Counted from the stretch's first letter, positions 54,500-64,000 are shown. The stretch: DNA of 64,000 nucleotides from Actinomycetota bacterium (GCA_021325015.1 JAJPHY010000054.1:8523-72522); one strand, 5' to 3'. Notes: generated by a model from the sequence alone, not told the origin. Numbers and translations: made by a program.

Positions 54500-55870
54500 T
54501 CAGGGCTTGATGTTCTGGTTCAGGTGGAACACGTTCTCCGGGTCGTACGTCTGCTTGACCTTCACGAGATGGTCGTAGTTGGCGCCGTAGTTGGCCTTCA
54601 CGCGGTCCTGGTCGTCGGCCGCCATGAAGTTGACGTATCCGCCCTCCTCGGAGTGCGGCGCGACGGCCTCGTAGTAGCGACGGACCCACGCGATGTTCGC
54701 CTCGTTCTGAGCCGGATCCGGCCACATCCCCGCGATCACCGGCGCGAAGCTCGCGTCGCGGTGCCCGAACGCGGTGGCGCCCGGCGCCACCCGGTGCACC
54801 GCGCCGTTGATCGGGTAGATGTGCATCGTCGAGGTCACCACCGGGACCTCGGGGCCGTGCTCGGCGTGGGCGGCGATCGCGTCGTCGGTGAGCTCCTTCA
54901 CGAAGGCGGCCTTCCAGTAGTGCTGCAACCCGGGCGGGACGAGCGCGTCGAACGCGCCGTTCAGCGCCGGGTAGGGCATCGGTCCCACGTGCTCCGCCAC
55001 GACCGGCGCGACGTCGTGGAACGGCCGCAGCGCCCGCTCGCCGTCCTCGACGGGTCCCGCCCAGCACGCGACCATCGCGACGAACGTGTCGCCGTGCCGA
55101 TCCTCGGGGATGAACGGCAGCGGGGGCGCGGTCTGGAACGCCGGGAACGCGCCCATCTGCTCGGGGGCGTCGGCGATGTACTCGCGGAAGAACCGCAGGA
55201 CGTTCTCGGTCTCGTCGAGCTCGTAGAACATCGGTCCGCCGTAGATGTCCTTGACCGGGTGGAGCCGGAACTCGAGGGCGGTCACGACCCCGAAGTTCCC
55301 GCCGCCCCCGCGGAGCGCCCAGAACAGGTCGTCGTTCTCGGTCGCGCTCGCGACGAGGAACCGCCCGTCGGCGGTCACCACGTCGGCCGAGACCAGGTTG
55401 TCGCACGACAGGCCGAACCCGCGCGCCAGGTACCCGATCCCGCCGCCGAGCGTGAGGCCGGCGACCCCGGTCGTCGAGATGATCCCGCCGGTCGTCGCCA
55501 GGCCGAACGCGTGCGTCGCGGCGTTGAAATCTCCCCACGTGGCCCCACCCTCGGCCCTCGCCGTGCGCGACGCCGGGTCGACGCGAACGCCCCGCATTCG
55601 CGCGAGATCGATCACAACGCCTTCGTCGCAGGTCCCGAACCCCGGCACGCTGTGCCCGCCGCCGCGGATGGCCAGGTCGAGTCCGCGCTCGCGCGCGAAG
55701 GTCACCGCCGCGATCACGTCGCCGGCGTTCACGGCGCGAACGACCACGGCCGGCCGTCGATCGATCATCGCGTTGTAGACCTTCCGCGCCTCCTCGTACC
55801 CCCCGTCCCCGGGCACGATCACGTCGCCCCGCACCCGCTCGCGCAGCTCGTCGATCGAGAGCGTCCCCAC
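54500..55870 (-). CDS. FAD-linked oxidase, BBE-like (second paralog)
   Basis: RGGGHSVPGFGT, GGGIGYLARGFG and C-terminal YDPENVFHLNQNI. Confidence 0.85.
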   Translation of the reverse strand: MGTLSIDELRERVRGDVIVPGDGGYEEARKVYNAMIDRRPAVVVRAVNAGDVIAAVTFARERGLDLAIRGGGHSVPGFGTCDEGVVIDLARMRGVRVDPASRTARAEGGATWGDFNAATHAFGLATTGGIISTTGVAGLTLGGGIGYLARGFGLSCDNLVSADVVTADGRFLVASATENDDLFWALRGGGGNFGVVTALEFRLHPVKDIYGGPMFYELDETENVLRFFREYIADAPEQMGAFPAFQTAPPLPFIPEDRHGDTFVAMVACWAGPVEDGERALRPFHDVAPVVAEHVGPMPYPALNGAFDALVPPGLQHYWKAAFVKELTDDAIAAHAEHGPEVPVVTSTMHIYPINGAVHRVAPGATAFGHRDASFAPVIAGMWPDPAQNEANIAWVRRYYEAVAPHSEEGGYVNFMAADDQDRVKANYGANYDHLVKVKQTYDPENVFHLNQNIKP

Positions 55871-56013
55871 GGCAGCCTCCTTCGGTCGGACCGTCCGCGG
55901 CGACGCTAGGTCGCCGGCGTGTGACCGCCGGTGAGAGCGCCCGTGTGAACGGGCGTGAGAGCGGCTCCCCCCGCCCCGGCAGGCTCGGTCTTGCCCCGGC
56001 CGCGGAGGGCGAG

Positions 56014-57876
56014 CAGGATGGCGAGATGGCGCTCGAGATCCACCTGCTCGGCTCGCCGGTCGTCGTGCGCGAGGGGGTGGTGTACGCGGCTCCGAAGGGC
56101 CGGAAGGTCTGGGCGCTGCTCGCCTACCTCATGCTCGTCGAGCGCCCGCCGAGCCGCCCGCAGCTCGTCGACCTGCTCTTTCCCGACGCCGAGGACCCGG
56201 CCGGAGCCCTCCGGTGGAACCTCTCGGAGCTCCGGCGGCTGCTCGGCGGATCCGACACGGTGGGGAGCGGCAACGTCGTCCGGCTCCGCCTGCCGGAGGG
56301 CTCGACGGTGGACGTGCAGGTGCTCATGAACGGCAGCTCCCACGAGGCCACCCGGCTTCCGGGACTCGGACGCGAGCTGCTCGAGGGCGTCGACGTGGAG
56401 GCGAGCCCCGGGTTTGCCGCGTGGCTGCTCGGCGAGCGGCGCCGGCTCCAGGCGCTGGGCGAGGCCGTGCTCCGCGAGGGCGCGCTACGTGCGCTGGCCG
56501 CGGGCGACGCCCGGACCGGCGTGGCCCTCGCCACCCGCCTCGTGGCGACCGACCCTCTGAACGAGGACGCCCACGCCCTGCTGATCCGGGCGTTCGCCGC
56601 GACCTCCGACGAGGTCGCCGTGAAGCGACAGCTCGCGGCCTCGATCGACCTGTTTCGCCGGGAGCTCGGCGTCGAGCCGGGTCCAGAGCTCACCGAGGCG
56701 GCCAGGATGCCCGCAAGGCCCGCGCGGGCGGGAACCGGGCAGGGACGCGCGGCGATCCAGGCGGTGCTCGAGTCCGGCCGGGCCGCCGTCGACGCCGGCG
56801 CCGAGTCCGGGCTGGAGGCGCTCCGAGGGGCGGTCGACCTCGCACGGGAGGTCGGAGAGGCAGATCTGGAGGCGGCCGGCTGCCTGGCGCTCGGCACCGC
56901 CCTCGTGCACGCGGCCAAAGGCAAGGACGAGGAGGGTGCGGCCGCCCTCCATCGCTGTATCGCCGTCGCCGAGTCGACCGGCCGGCGGGACCTCGCGACG
57001 TCGGCCCACCGCGAGCTCGGATACATCGAGGTCCTGCGGGGGGACTTCGCAAGGGCGAGCACCCTGCTCGCCACCGCCGAGACGCTGGCCGACGGCGATC
57101 CGGTCGAGCTGGCGAAGATCAAAGCCGTCATGGGCGCGTTCCATGGAGACCGGGGGGAACTCGACCGGGCGACGGCGGCCCTCCGACGCTCGATCGAGCT
57201 CTCGGAGGAGACGGGCCAGCCCAAGCAGATCGCGTGGTCTGCCACGATGCTCGGCAGGGCTCTCCTCCAACGTCGAGAGATCGACCTCGCCGAGGAGGCA
57301 CTCGAGCGCGGGCGCGAACTCGCCCGGGGCGAGCGGTGGACGGCCTTCCTGGCGTGGCCCGAGGCGCTGCTTGCCGAGGTGTGGTTCCGGCGCGGTGAAC
57401 TCGACCGGGCGTCGGAGGCCTTCGAGCACGCCTTCGCGCTTGGCGCCCAGGTGAACGACGCCTGCTGGGAGGCGTACGGCGTTCGAGGGCTCGGCCTCCT
57501 CCATGCGGCCAAGGGCGACCTCGGCACGGCGATCCAGACCATTGACGACGCCCTGAGCCGCTGCGCGCGTCAGCGCGACACCCACCTGTGGCTCCGCGCC
57601 TACGTCCTCGACGCCCTGTGCGCCGTGGCGGTCGCGGACGGGCATCCCTCGGCCGAGCGCTGGGTGAGCGACCTGTCGGCGCTCGCCGCCCGCGCGGGGA
57701 TGCGTGAGATCCTCACGCGGGCCTACCTCGACCGGCGCGACCTCGGCGACCCCTCGGCCGTCGAGGTGGCGCGCGTGCTCGCGATCGGCGTGGAGAACCC
57801 CCGTCTCGAGCAGCTCATCGATCCCGAGGGCCCACCGCTGCTCGAGGACCTGCTCGGAGAAGGCGCACGCACGTAG
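56014..57876 (+). CDS. SARP/AfsR-family transcriptional regulator (OmpR-type wHTH, BTAD and TPR-like repeats)
   Basis: MALEIHLLGSPVVVREGVVYAAPKGRKVWALLAYLML is the classic SARP N-terminus. A BTAD domain (ALATRLVATDPLNEDAHALLIRAF) is present. Confidence 0.8.
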   Translation, partial: QDGEMALEIHLLGSPVVVREGVVYAAPKGRKVWALLAYLMLVERPPSRPQLVDLLFPDAEDPAGALRWNLSELRRLLGGSDTVGSGNVVRLRLPEGSTVDVQVLMNGSSHEATRLPGLGRELLEGVDVEASPGFAAWLLGERRRLQALGEAVLREGALRALAAGDARTGVALATRLVATDPLNEDAHALLIRAFAATSDEVAVKRQLAASIDLFRRELGVEPGPELTEAARMPARPARAGTGQGRAAIQAVLESGRAAVDAGAESGLEALRGAVDLAREVGEADLEAAGCLALGTALVHAAKGKDEEGAAALHRCIAVAESTGRRDLATSAHRELGYIEVLRGDFARASTLLATAETLADGDPVELAKIKAVMGAFHGDRGELDRATAALRRSIELSEETGQPKQIAWSATMLGRALLQRREIDLAEEALERGRELARGERWTAFLAWPEALLAEVWFRRGELDRASEAFEHAFALGAQVNDACWEAYGVRGLGLLHAAKGDLGTAIQTIDDALSRCARQRDTHLWLRAYVLDALCAVAVADGHPSAERWVSDLSALAARAGMREILTRAYLDRRDLGDPSAVEVARVLAIGVENPRLEQLIDPEGPPLLEDLLGEGART

Positions 57877-58020
57877 GACTCGCAGGGCCACCCGTTGCGA
57901 GGCGCCCGCCGGATCGCGCCTTCGGTCGTGGGCCCGGCCCGTCCGGGGCCGTCCGACCCTCCCCGCCGGCCTCGCACGGCCGCCACCATTGGCGGACGGA
58001 GCCGCCCGAGGAGGATCTCG

Positions 58021-58542
58021 ATGAACGCGATGGTGGTCTACGAGTCGCTCTATGGCAACACCGCGGCGATCGGGGAGGCGATCGCCGAGGCCCTCCGCGG
58101 GCGCGGGCTCGAGACCGAGTCCGGCCTCATCTCCCGGATCTCGCCGGAGGTGGCGGCGGCGTTCGACCTCCTCGTCGTCGGCGGTCCCACGCACCAGCAC
58201 GGGATGAGCAAGCCGGCCACCCGCAGGACGGCGGTTCAGGATGCGGCCAACGCGTTCGCCGACCCCACGGTCGAGCCCGGGCTGAGCGAGTGGCTCACCG
58301 ACCTCCCCGACACCGACGGCAAGCTCGGCGCCGTGTTCGACACCCGCATCGACAAGCCGGTGTTCCTCACGGGATCGGCCGCGAAGGGGATCGCGCCGCG
58401 GTTGCAGGGGAGCGGGTACCGGCTCCTGGCCAAGCCCGAGAGCTTCCTCGTGACGATGAAGAACCGTCTGCGCGAAGGGGAGATCGAGCGTGCAGGGAGC
58501 TGGGGCGCGGAGCTCGCCGAGCTCGCCTCGGTCTCGCGGTAG
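58021..58542 (+). CDS. Flavodoxin-like protein
   Basis: Begins MNAMVVYESLYGNTAAIGEAIAEAL. GAGGAGG SD upstream. Confidence 0.8.
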   Translation: MNAMVVYESLYGNTAAIGEAIAEALRGRGLETESGLISRISPEVAAAFDLLVVGGPTHQHGMSKPATRRTAVQDAANAFADPTVEPGLSEWLTDLPDTDGKLGAVFDTRIDKPVFLTGSAAKGIAPRLQGSGYRLLAKPESFLVTMKNRLREGEIERAGSWGAELAELASVSR

Positions 58543-58593
58543 GGGCTCACGCTCGGGCCGGCTCCCGAAGCGCACGGCCGACGCGGTCCTCGC

Positions 58594-59332
58594 TCAGCGT
58601 GGACGTCGCGGGTCCACGACCTCCAGGTGCACGTGCGGGCGGTGTCCCCCGACGTAGTAGTCGGTCTCGGAGGTGAACGGGAACACCCTCGCGACTCCCA
58701 GCCGGGTGAGGCCGGCGATCACGCGCTCGCCCGGTCGAACCGAGACGTGCGCGAGGTGGATCATCACCACTCGGTACCGCGGATCGGCGCTCGGTCGGAT
58801 CACGACCTCGACGTCGGCGTAGCGACCGTACAGGCGGTACGCCTTGACCTTCGTCACCACGCCGTCGGCCGGGGCCAGAAACGGCTGCCCCGGCCGCGTC
58901 ACCACGTCCACCGCCGAGGTCGCCGGCGTCGGCCGGCCGCGGCTCGCCATGATCACGTAGGCGGGCCCGTGCGTCGGCGCGGTGCGAGGGCGAAACTTCG
59001 TGAGGTTCTCGTCCCGCACCAGATGTCCGAGCGGATGCAGCGGCAGCGCGTCGTGGTACGACGCCTCGTGGTAGCAGACGCAGACGGGGTGCGATACGGG
59101 GAGCACGAGCCGCACGTCGTGCCATCTCGCGAGCGGGAGCGCCGGCCGGTGGGCGACCGTGGCTCCGCGCGAGGGTGGGGGCGCGAACTCGGCCGCTCGG
59201 GCGGCGGCACGCCGAGCCGGAACGAGTCCGTGGGGCGGGCGCCCCACCGAGGCGAGGACGACCAGCGCAAACGCAGCCCCGGCCGGGACCAGCACAACCC
59301 TCCACCGGCGGCGCCGGTGACGGTCCATCCGC
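58594..59332 (-). CDS. Putative secreted protein with degenerate M23/LytM-like C-terminal motif (HVHLEV)
   Basis: Signal-like N-terminus RRRRWRVVLVPAGAAFALVVLASVG. C-terminal GGHRPHVHLEVVDP resembles the M23 HxH motif. This is the C-terminal 246 aa of ORF 58594..59676. Confidence 0.45.
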
Positions 59333-59632
59333 ATCGTCGAAGTATGACCGGCCCGGAGGCGGTGCGGTCGCGCGTCAGGAATCCGAGGCCGGTCGCGCGC
59401 GACGAACTGGTGCGCCGGCCGCGCCGCCTGTCCGTGCTGCTCGCCGTCGTCGCGGGGCTCGCCGCCTTCGCCCTCGCACGCGGGCCGGCACGAACCCGTC
59501 CTCTCTCCGACCGGTCCGTTCGGCAGAGGTCCCGGCGAGCGGGGGTCCCAAGCCCCCATCCCCAGGCGACTCGAGCTGATAGCACGGTGGTCGGGAGGGC
59601 GGGTTCCACCGAGGGCGGACGGAGGTTGGAGC

Positions 59633-60127
59633 ATGACGGTGCTGGTGACGTACGCGAGCAGGCACGGGGCGACCAAGGGGATCGCGGCGGCGATCGCCGA
59701 GCGGCTGCGCGAACGAGGGCGCGCGGCCGAGCTCCGCCCGGTCGACGCGGTCGATCGGCTCGACGGGGCGGAGGCCGTGGTGCTCGGGAGCGCCGTCTAC
59801 GCGGGGTCGTGGATGAAGGGCGCGACCGCGTTCGTACAGCGACACCGCGAGGCGCTCTCCAGCCTCCCGGTCTGGTTGTTCAGCAGCGGCCCGACCGGTT
59901 CCGCCTCCGACCAGGACTGGACGCCCAAACAGATCGCCGCCGTGAGCCGGGATATTGGCCCGCGTGACCATCGCGTGTTCTTCGGAGCGATCGACGCCGA
60001 GAAGCTCGGCTTCGTCGAGCGCCGGATCGTGAAGGCGGTGAAGGCGCCGACCGGGGACTTCCGGGACTGGGACCGGGTTCGCGCCTACGCGGACGAGATC
60101 GCGGACGCGCTCGAGGGCGAGTCATAA
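59633..60127 (+). CDS. Flavodoxin-domain protein (HemG/WrbA-like)
   Basis: Begins MTVLVTYASRHGATKGIAAAIAERL. Confidence 0.8.
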   Translation: MTVLVTYASRHGATKGIAAAIAERLRERGRAAELRPVDAVDRLDGAEAVVLGSAVYAGSWMKGATAFVQRHREALSSLPVWLFSSGPTGSASDQDWTPKQIAAVSRDIGPRDHRVFFGAIDAEKLGFVERRIVKAVKAPTGDFRDWDRVRAYADEIADALEGES

Positions 60128-60340
60128 GGCCGGCTCGCGTCGTGCTGCTCATCGCAGGGATCCTGGGCGACGGGAACGCGGACTCGATGGACCCGGGCTC
60201 CGACGGTGTGGGCATGCGCGGCGGAATCGCTCTGTCACAGAGTCATCGTCCACGGATCGGGGTGCGTGCATCGGTTCATCGTGCGTCCTAGGCTTCGCCG
60301 CCGAGCGGCCCGCCGGCCGCGCGGGCGGAAAGGAGCGGCA

Positions 60341-60910
60341 ATGGCCGAGGTCCACATGCTGAGCGAGGGGTACGTGAAGGACGGCGATCGCGTCGGCTCG
60401 ACGGTGGGGTTCGTCCGCGACGGAGAGGCCCTCGTCGTGATCGACCCGGGGATGGTGCCTTCGCGCTCGGCCATCCTGGACCCGCTCGCGGCGATGGGCG
60501 TCCCTCCCGAGCAGATCACGGACGTGGTGGTCTCGCACCACCACCCGGACCACACGCTGAACGTCGCGCTGTTCCCCAACGCGCGGCTGCACGACCACTG
60601 GGCCTGGTACCGAGACGACCGGTGGGTGAGCCGCGACGCGGAGGGATTCGAGATCTCGAGCGGCGTGCGCCTGATCCGCGTCCCCGGCCACACCGAGCAG
60701 GACGTGGCGACCATCGTCGACACTCCGTCGGGCCTGTGGGTGTTCACCCACCTGTGGTGGACGGCGGATGGACCGGTCGAGGACCCGTACGCACCGGACC
60801 CGCAGACGCTGCACGCGAGCCGCGCGCGGGTGCTCGACCTGCCCGGTCTCGCGAGGATCGTCCCGGGTCACGGCCCGGCGTTCGCCCCAAGCTCGAGCAC
60901 GCCACGCTGA
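60341..60910 (+). CDS. MBL-fold metallo-hydrolase
   Basis: Contains VVSHHHPDH and RVPGHTEQD. SD AAAGGAG. Confidence 0.8.
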   Translation: MAEVHMLSEGYVKDGDRVGSTVGFVRDGEALVVIDPGMVPSRSAILDPLAAMGVPPEQITDVVVSHHHPDHTLNVALFPNARLHDHWAWYRDDRWVSRDAEGFEISSGVRLIRVPGHTEQDVATIVDTPSGLWVFTHLWWTADGPVEDPYAPDPQTLHASRARVLDLPGLARIVPGHGPAFAPSSSTPR

Positions 60911-60931
60911 GCGGCGGGGCTCCGGCTCCGC

Positions 60932-62050
60932 CTACGTGGGGGGAGCCGGGCGGGTGGGCTCGGCGTCCGGCAGGGCCAGCAACACGATCCGGCCGTCGAG
61001 CATGATGAGCGCGGGCTCGGCGAGGGCGTCGAGGTGCTCGAGCGGGTTGCGGCGGTACGCAACGAGATCCGCCGGCGCCCCCTCTTCGATCCCGGGGAGC
61101 CCGAGCCACGAGCGCGCCGCCCACGACGCCGCTCCGAGCGCCCGGTCCGGCTCGAGGCCGGCCCGGCGCAGGCGGCGGATCTCCTCGCGGATCAGCCCGT
61201 GTGGAGCCATGCCGGCGTCGGTCCCGGCGAGCACGGTCACGCCCGCGCCGGCCGCCTCGCGGACGAGGTCCGGCAGTCTGTTGACCGCCTCGCGAAGCGG
61301 CGCGAGACCCTCCTCGCTCGCCCCGAGCGCCCGGTGCATCTTGAGCAGCGCCTCATGGGCGACGAGCGTGGGCACCCAGGCCACACCGGCGGCGGCCATC
61401 GCCTGCACGTGCTCGCGGCGGATCATGACCCCGTGCTCGATCGAGTCGAACCCAGCGTCGATCGCCGCCTCGATCACTTGGGGCAGCGTCGCGTGGATCG
61501 CGATGCGCGCTCCGAGCAGGTGCACCCTGGCGGCGGCGGTGGCGAGAGCCCGGGGCGGGTAGTTCGCGCGCGGCTGGCCCCCGGGCGTCGGGAAGTCGCC
61601 CACGACCTTCACCCATCGAACGCCCGAGGCGACCTCGCGGGCCGCCGCCTCGGCGAGCTCGTCGGCCTCGACGCGGAGGGCAAGGCTCGGTACGAATCCG
61701 CCGGGCGGCGCGAGGAACCGTCCGGCCGTGATCGTTCGCGGGAGCCCCTCGTGCGGGCCGAGCCCGGCCGAGCCGGGGTCCGGGCTCCCGGGCTCCCGGA
61801 TGAGGAGCACGCCCGCGCGCAGATGGGCCTCGGCGCTTGCGCGCGCGGCCGCGCCGGCCGGGGCGTCGTCGCCGGCGGGGCTTCGCAGCCCGAGATGGGC
61901 GTGCGCATCCACAAGGCCCGGGATCAGGTAGCAGCCGTCGAGCAGGGAGCGGACCGGTTCGTCGGTCGAGAACGCGATTCGGCCGTCCACGACGAACACG
62001 TCGCGAACCTCGCCGTGGGGAAGGAGGGTCCCGCGGATATGGTCGGCCAC
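60932..62050 (-). CDS. Amidohydrolase-family protein (metal-dependent hydrolase)
   Basis: GLVDAHAHLG motif and TIM-barrel features. GTG 62050 has AGGAGG 5 nt upstream. ORF 60932..62836 carries a spurious 5' extension. Confidence 0.8.
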   Translation of the reverse strand: MADHIRGTLLPHGEVRDVFVVDGRIAFSTDEPVRSLLDGCYLIPGLVDAHAHLGLRSPAGDDAPAGAAARASAEAHLRAGVLLIREPGSPDPGSAGLGPHEGLPRTITAGRFLAPPGGFVPSLALRVEADELAEAAAREVASGVRWVKVVGDFPTPGGQPRANYPPRALATAAARVHLLGARIAIHATLPQVIEAAIDAGFDSIEHGVMIRREHVQAMAAAGVAWVPTLVAHEALLKMHRALGASEEGLAPLREAVNRLPDLVREAAGAGVTVLAGTDAGMAPHGLIREEIRRLRRAGLEPDRALGAASWAARSWLGLPGIEEGAPADLVAYRRNPLEHLDALAEPALIMLDGRIVLLALPDAEPTRPAPPT

Positions 62051-62200
62051 ACCGCCTCCTGGCACCGACCGACCACGAGACCCTACCCGAAGGCCGGCCC
62101 GGACGCCTGCGGGCCCCACGAGCCCACCGAACGCGCCGACTCCGAGCACGCACCCAGGACGGCTCGGGTGCTCGATCCAGCGCCTGACTATGCTTCGCCC

Positions 62201-63067
62201 ATGGCGCTGTACGAGCTGACGGTGCCCGGCGAGCGGCTCGTCGCGCCCGCCGTGGTGGCGGCCTTCGACGGCTGGATCGACGGCGCCGGCGCCTCGACGG
62301 CGGCGGCCGAGCGCCTGGCGGACGGCGCCGAGGTCCTCGCGCGGTTCGACCGGGACGCCCTGTACGACTACCGGGCTCGGCGCCCGATTCTGGACGTCGT
62401 GAACGGGGTCCCATCCGAGCTGACCTGGCCGGAGCTCACCGTTCGGCGGACCCGTCGCGGGGGTCGCGACGTCCTCGTCCTCTCCGGCGCCGAGCCGGAC
62501 TTCCGCTGGCGCGAGCTGGCGAACGACGTTCTGGCGATCTGCCTTCGGCTGGGGGTCGTGGAGTGGGTGACCCTGGGAGCGATCCCCGCGGCGGTCCCCC
62601 ACACGCGCCCGGTGCCGGTCCTCGCGACCGCCTCCACGCCCGGCCTGCTTCACGGCGGCGAGCAGCAGGGTCCCGAGGGGTTGCTTCGAGTGCCGGCCGC
62701 GGCGCTCTCGACGATCGAGCTCGCCGTGAGCGGCGGCGGGATCCCGGCCGTCGGGTTCTTCGCTCAGGTACCGCACTACGTGAGCGGCCCGTTCCCCGCC
62801 GCGACCATCGCGCTCCTCGAGCACGTGGGTCGACATCTCGGCATCGAGATCCCGCTCGGCTCGCTGCCCGACGAGGCCCTGGCCCAGCGCCGACGGCTCG
62901 ACGCGCTGACCGAGCAGGACCCCGACTCGAGGAGCTACGTCGAGCGCCTCGAGCGGTCCATGAGCGAGCAGCGCCTGCCCTCGGGCGACGAGCTCGCCTC
63001 AGAGATCGAGCGCTTCCTGCGCGACGCGGAGCGCGGGGAGGGCGGCGCCGGACCGCCGCGCGGGTGA
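62201..63067 (+). CDS. PAC2 (proteasome assembly chaperone-like) family protein
   Basis: Begins MALYELTVPGERLVAPAVVAAFDGWIDGAGAS. Contains VPHYVSGPFPAA. An in-frame ATG at 62189 is an alternative start. Confidence 0.75.
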   Translation: MALYELTVPGERLVAPAVVAAFDGWIDGAGASTAAAERLADGAEVLARFDRDALYDYRARRPILDVVNGVPSELTWPELTVRRTRRGGRDVLVLSGAEPDFRWRELANDVLAICLRLGVVEWVTLGAIPAAVPHTRPVPVLATASTPGLLHGGEQQGPEGLLRVPAAALSTIELAVSGGGIPAVGFFAQVPHYVSGPFPAATIALLEHVGRHLGIEIPLGSLPDEALAQRRRLDALTEQDPDSRSYVERLERSMSEQRLPSGDELASEIERFLRDAERGEGGAGPPRG

Positions 63068-63074
63068 GCGTCGC

Positions 63075-63425
63075 TCAGCGAGAGAGCACGCTTCGCAGGA
63101 CCTCCGCCGCCGAACGCTCCACGTCCCTCGTCGCCGTGAGGAGCGTGAGCCGGCCCTTCCCGGCGAGGGTCCGGAGCTCGGCGAGCGCGCGACGCCGCTC
63201 GGCCTGCCGGAGCTCGGCCCGGTACCGGCGCGCGAACTCGGCCCACCGTTCGGGGTCGTGTCCGTACCATGTTCGGAGCTCGTCGCTCGGAGCCACCTCC
63301 CGCATCCAGCGCACGTCCTCGAGAGTCGCCCGGCTCACGCCGCGCGGCCACAGCCGGTCGACCAGCACACACGTCCCGTCGCTCCGGTCTCGGGGTTCGT
63401 AGACGCGCTTGACCGCGACCTCCAT
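63075..63425 (-). CDS. DUF488-family protein
   Basis: Begins MEVAVKRVYEPRDRSDGTCVLVDRLWPRGVSRATLEDVRWMREVAPSDELRTWYGHDPERWAEF. Confidence 0.75.
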   Translation of the reverse strand: MEVAVKRVYEPRDRSDGTCVLVDRLWPRGVSRATLEDVRWMREVAPSDELRTWYGHDPERWAEFARRYRAELRQAERRRALAELRTLAGKGRLTLLTATRDVERSAAEVLRSVLSR

Positions 63426-63570
63426 GCCCCCATGATGCCCTGGGTTCGACCTGACGACCCACTCGGGTCCCCCGCCCGGACGGACGTTCGGCCCTAACCC
63501 CGACCACCCGCTGGGCCGCACCGTCGTGGAGGCGGGCACGCAGGCCGGTCGATCCGCAGGAGGTGGGCAC

Positions 63571-64000
63571 ATGCGCTGGAGCGACGAGTACACGGGGTAC
63601 GCGGCCGCGGTCGCCTCGTTCGCGGCGGTCGTGCTGTGGGCGGGCGGCGCCTCCGCGGGGTTCGCGGTCGCGGCGGCGGGCATCGCCGTCGTGCTCCTCG
63701 CGGTCGCGCTCCGGTCGTGGCGCCGAACGGCGCGCGTGCTGGTCGTCGGTCCCCCGAGGACCGAGCCGGTGGACCTGCTGGAGGAGGCGCTCGACGGCGC
63801 AGGGTTCGGCGTCGCGCACTGTCCCGGCCCGCCCTTCCGGGCCTGTCCGGTGTACGCGGGGCGTCCGTGTCCGGTACACGGCCGGCCGGTGGCCGCGGTG
63901 ATCGTTCGCGAGCCCGGCTCCTCGACCCCCGTGCCTCCCTGCGGCCGAGCTCTCCACATCCCCGCCCTGCCGGTCGAGGCGGGCGACCGCGCGCCCGCGG
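63571..64000 (+). CDS. Membrane protein (two TM then a Cys/Pro-rich domain), 3'-truncated by the window end
   Basis: Hand translation from ATG 63571 gives MRWSDEYTGYAAAVASFAAVVLWAGGASAGFAVAAAGIAVVLLAVALRSWRR...GVAHCPGPPFRACPVYAGRPCPVHG. SD CAGGAGG 8 nt upstream. The listed ORF 63563..63901 is off-frame. Confidence 0.45.
   Translation, partial: MRWSDEYTGYAAAVASFAAVVLWAGGASAGFAVAAAGIAVVLLAVALRSWRRTARVLVVGPPRTEPVDLLEEALDGAGFGVAHCPGPPFRACPVYAGRPCPVHGRPVAAVIVREPGSSTPVPPCGRALHIPALPVEAGDRAPA

Noticed and set aside
50748-55909. Giant ORFs 50748..54143 (-, 1131 aa) and 51131..55909 (+, 1592 aa)
   Set aside because: Stop-free alternative frames across the ABC ATPase, FtsX permease and FAD oxidase genes. 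They have R/G/P/D-dominated composition and no recognisable domains.
63563-63901. 112-aa + strand ORF
   Set aside because: R/S/G-rich off-frame product. The adjacent frame starting at 63571 has an SD and gives a plausible membrane protein.
1-64000. CRISPR arrays, tRNA/rRNA genes, integrase/transposase genes
   Set aside because: None found on visual scanning. There is no regularly spaced 25-40 bp repeat series and no tRNA-like GGTTCGAATCC arm. The only mobility marker is the DUF222/HNH gene.

Overview
The window is a 64 kb chromosomal segment from a high-GC (~70 %) Actinobacteria-like genome, with about 60 densely packed protein-coding genes. No rRNA, tRNA or CRISPR array was seen. Genes were called from the translations and refined by hand. 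Many long R/G/P-rich ORFs in the track are off-frame or antisense artefacts of the high GC content. Several true starts are GTG, and five gene junctions share a GTGA stop/start overlap.

Main content, in order:
- **K+ homeostasis locus (1-7295):** a KimA-like APC permease truncated by the window edge, a KdpE-like response regulator, a C-terminal-only KdpD-like histidine kinase, a divergent second KimA-like permease carrying two USP-like C-terminal domains, and a trkA pair (ceoB/ceoC-like). There is no kdpFABC. TTCACGC direct repeats lie in the divergent promoter.
- **Ion-transport cluster:** a K+-independent-type H+-pyrophosphatase, two tandem nhaA paralogs, a ClC channel with a CBS pair, and two divergent CaCA antiporters.
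- **Dynamin-like module:** an IniA-like bacterial dynamin-like GTPase divergent from a translationally coupled operon of three unknown proteins (one with Cys clusters) plus an MFS transporter. The intergenic region holds twin palindromes covering each gene's ribosome-binding site.
- **Helicase pair:** an MrfA-like DEXH helicase with a C-terminal DUF1998, followed by a TIGR00725/SLOG-type gene.
- **Envelope cluster:** MOP flippase, MMPL transporter, M24 peptidase, UppP and an LCP-family protein.
- **Scattered genes:** LigB-type ATP-dependent ligase, an HTH-fused class III adenylyl cyclase, a DUF222/HNH (REP13E12-like) gene, and an XRE-HTH/nucleotidyltransferase pair that looks like a toxin-antitoxin module next to a nitroreductase remnant.
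- **Redox and regulator group:** two berberine-bridge-enzyme-like (BBE-like) FAD oxidases, NmrA-like, HxlR and SARP regulators, a MacB-type ABC transporter, flavodoxins, an MBL hydrolase, an amidohydrolase, and PAC2 and DUF488 genes.
- **Repeated element:** an ACTAGTCTG-centred palindrome recurs downstream of three + strand genes.
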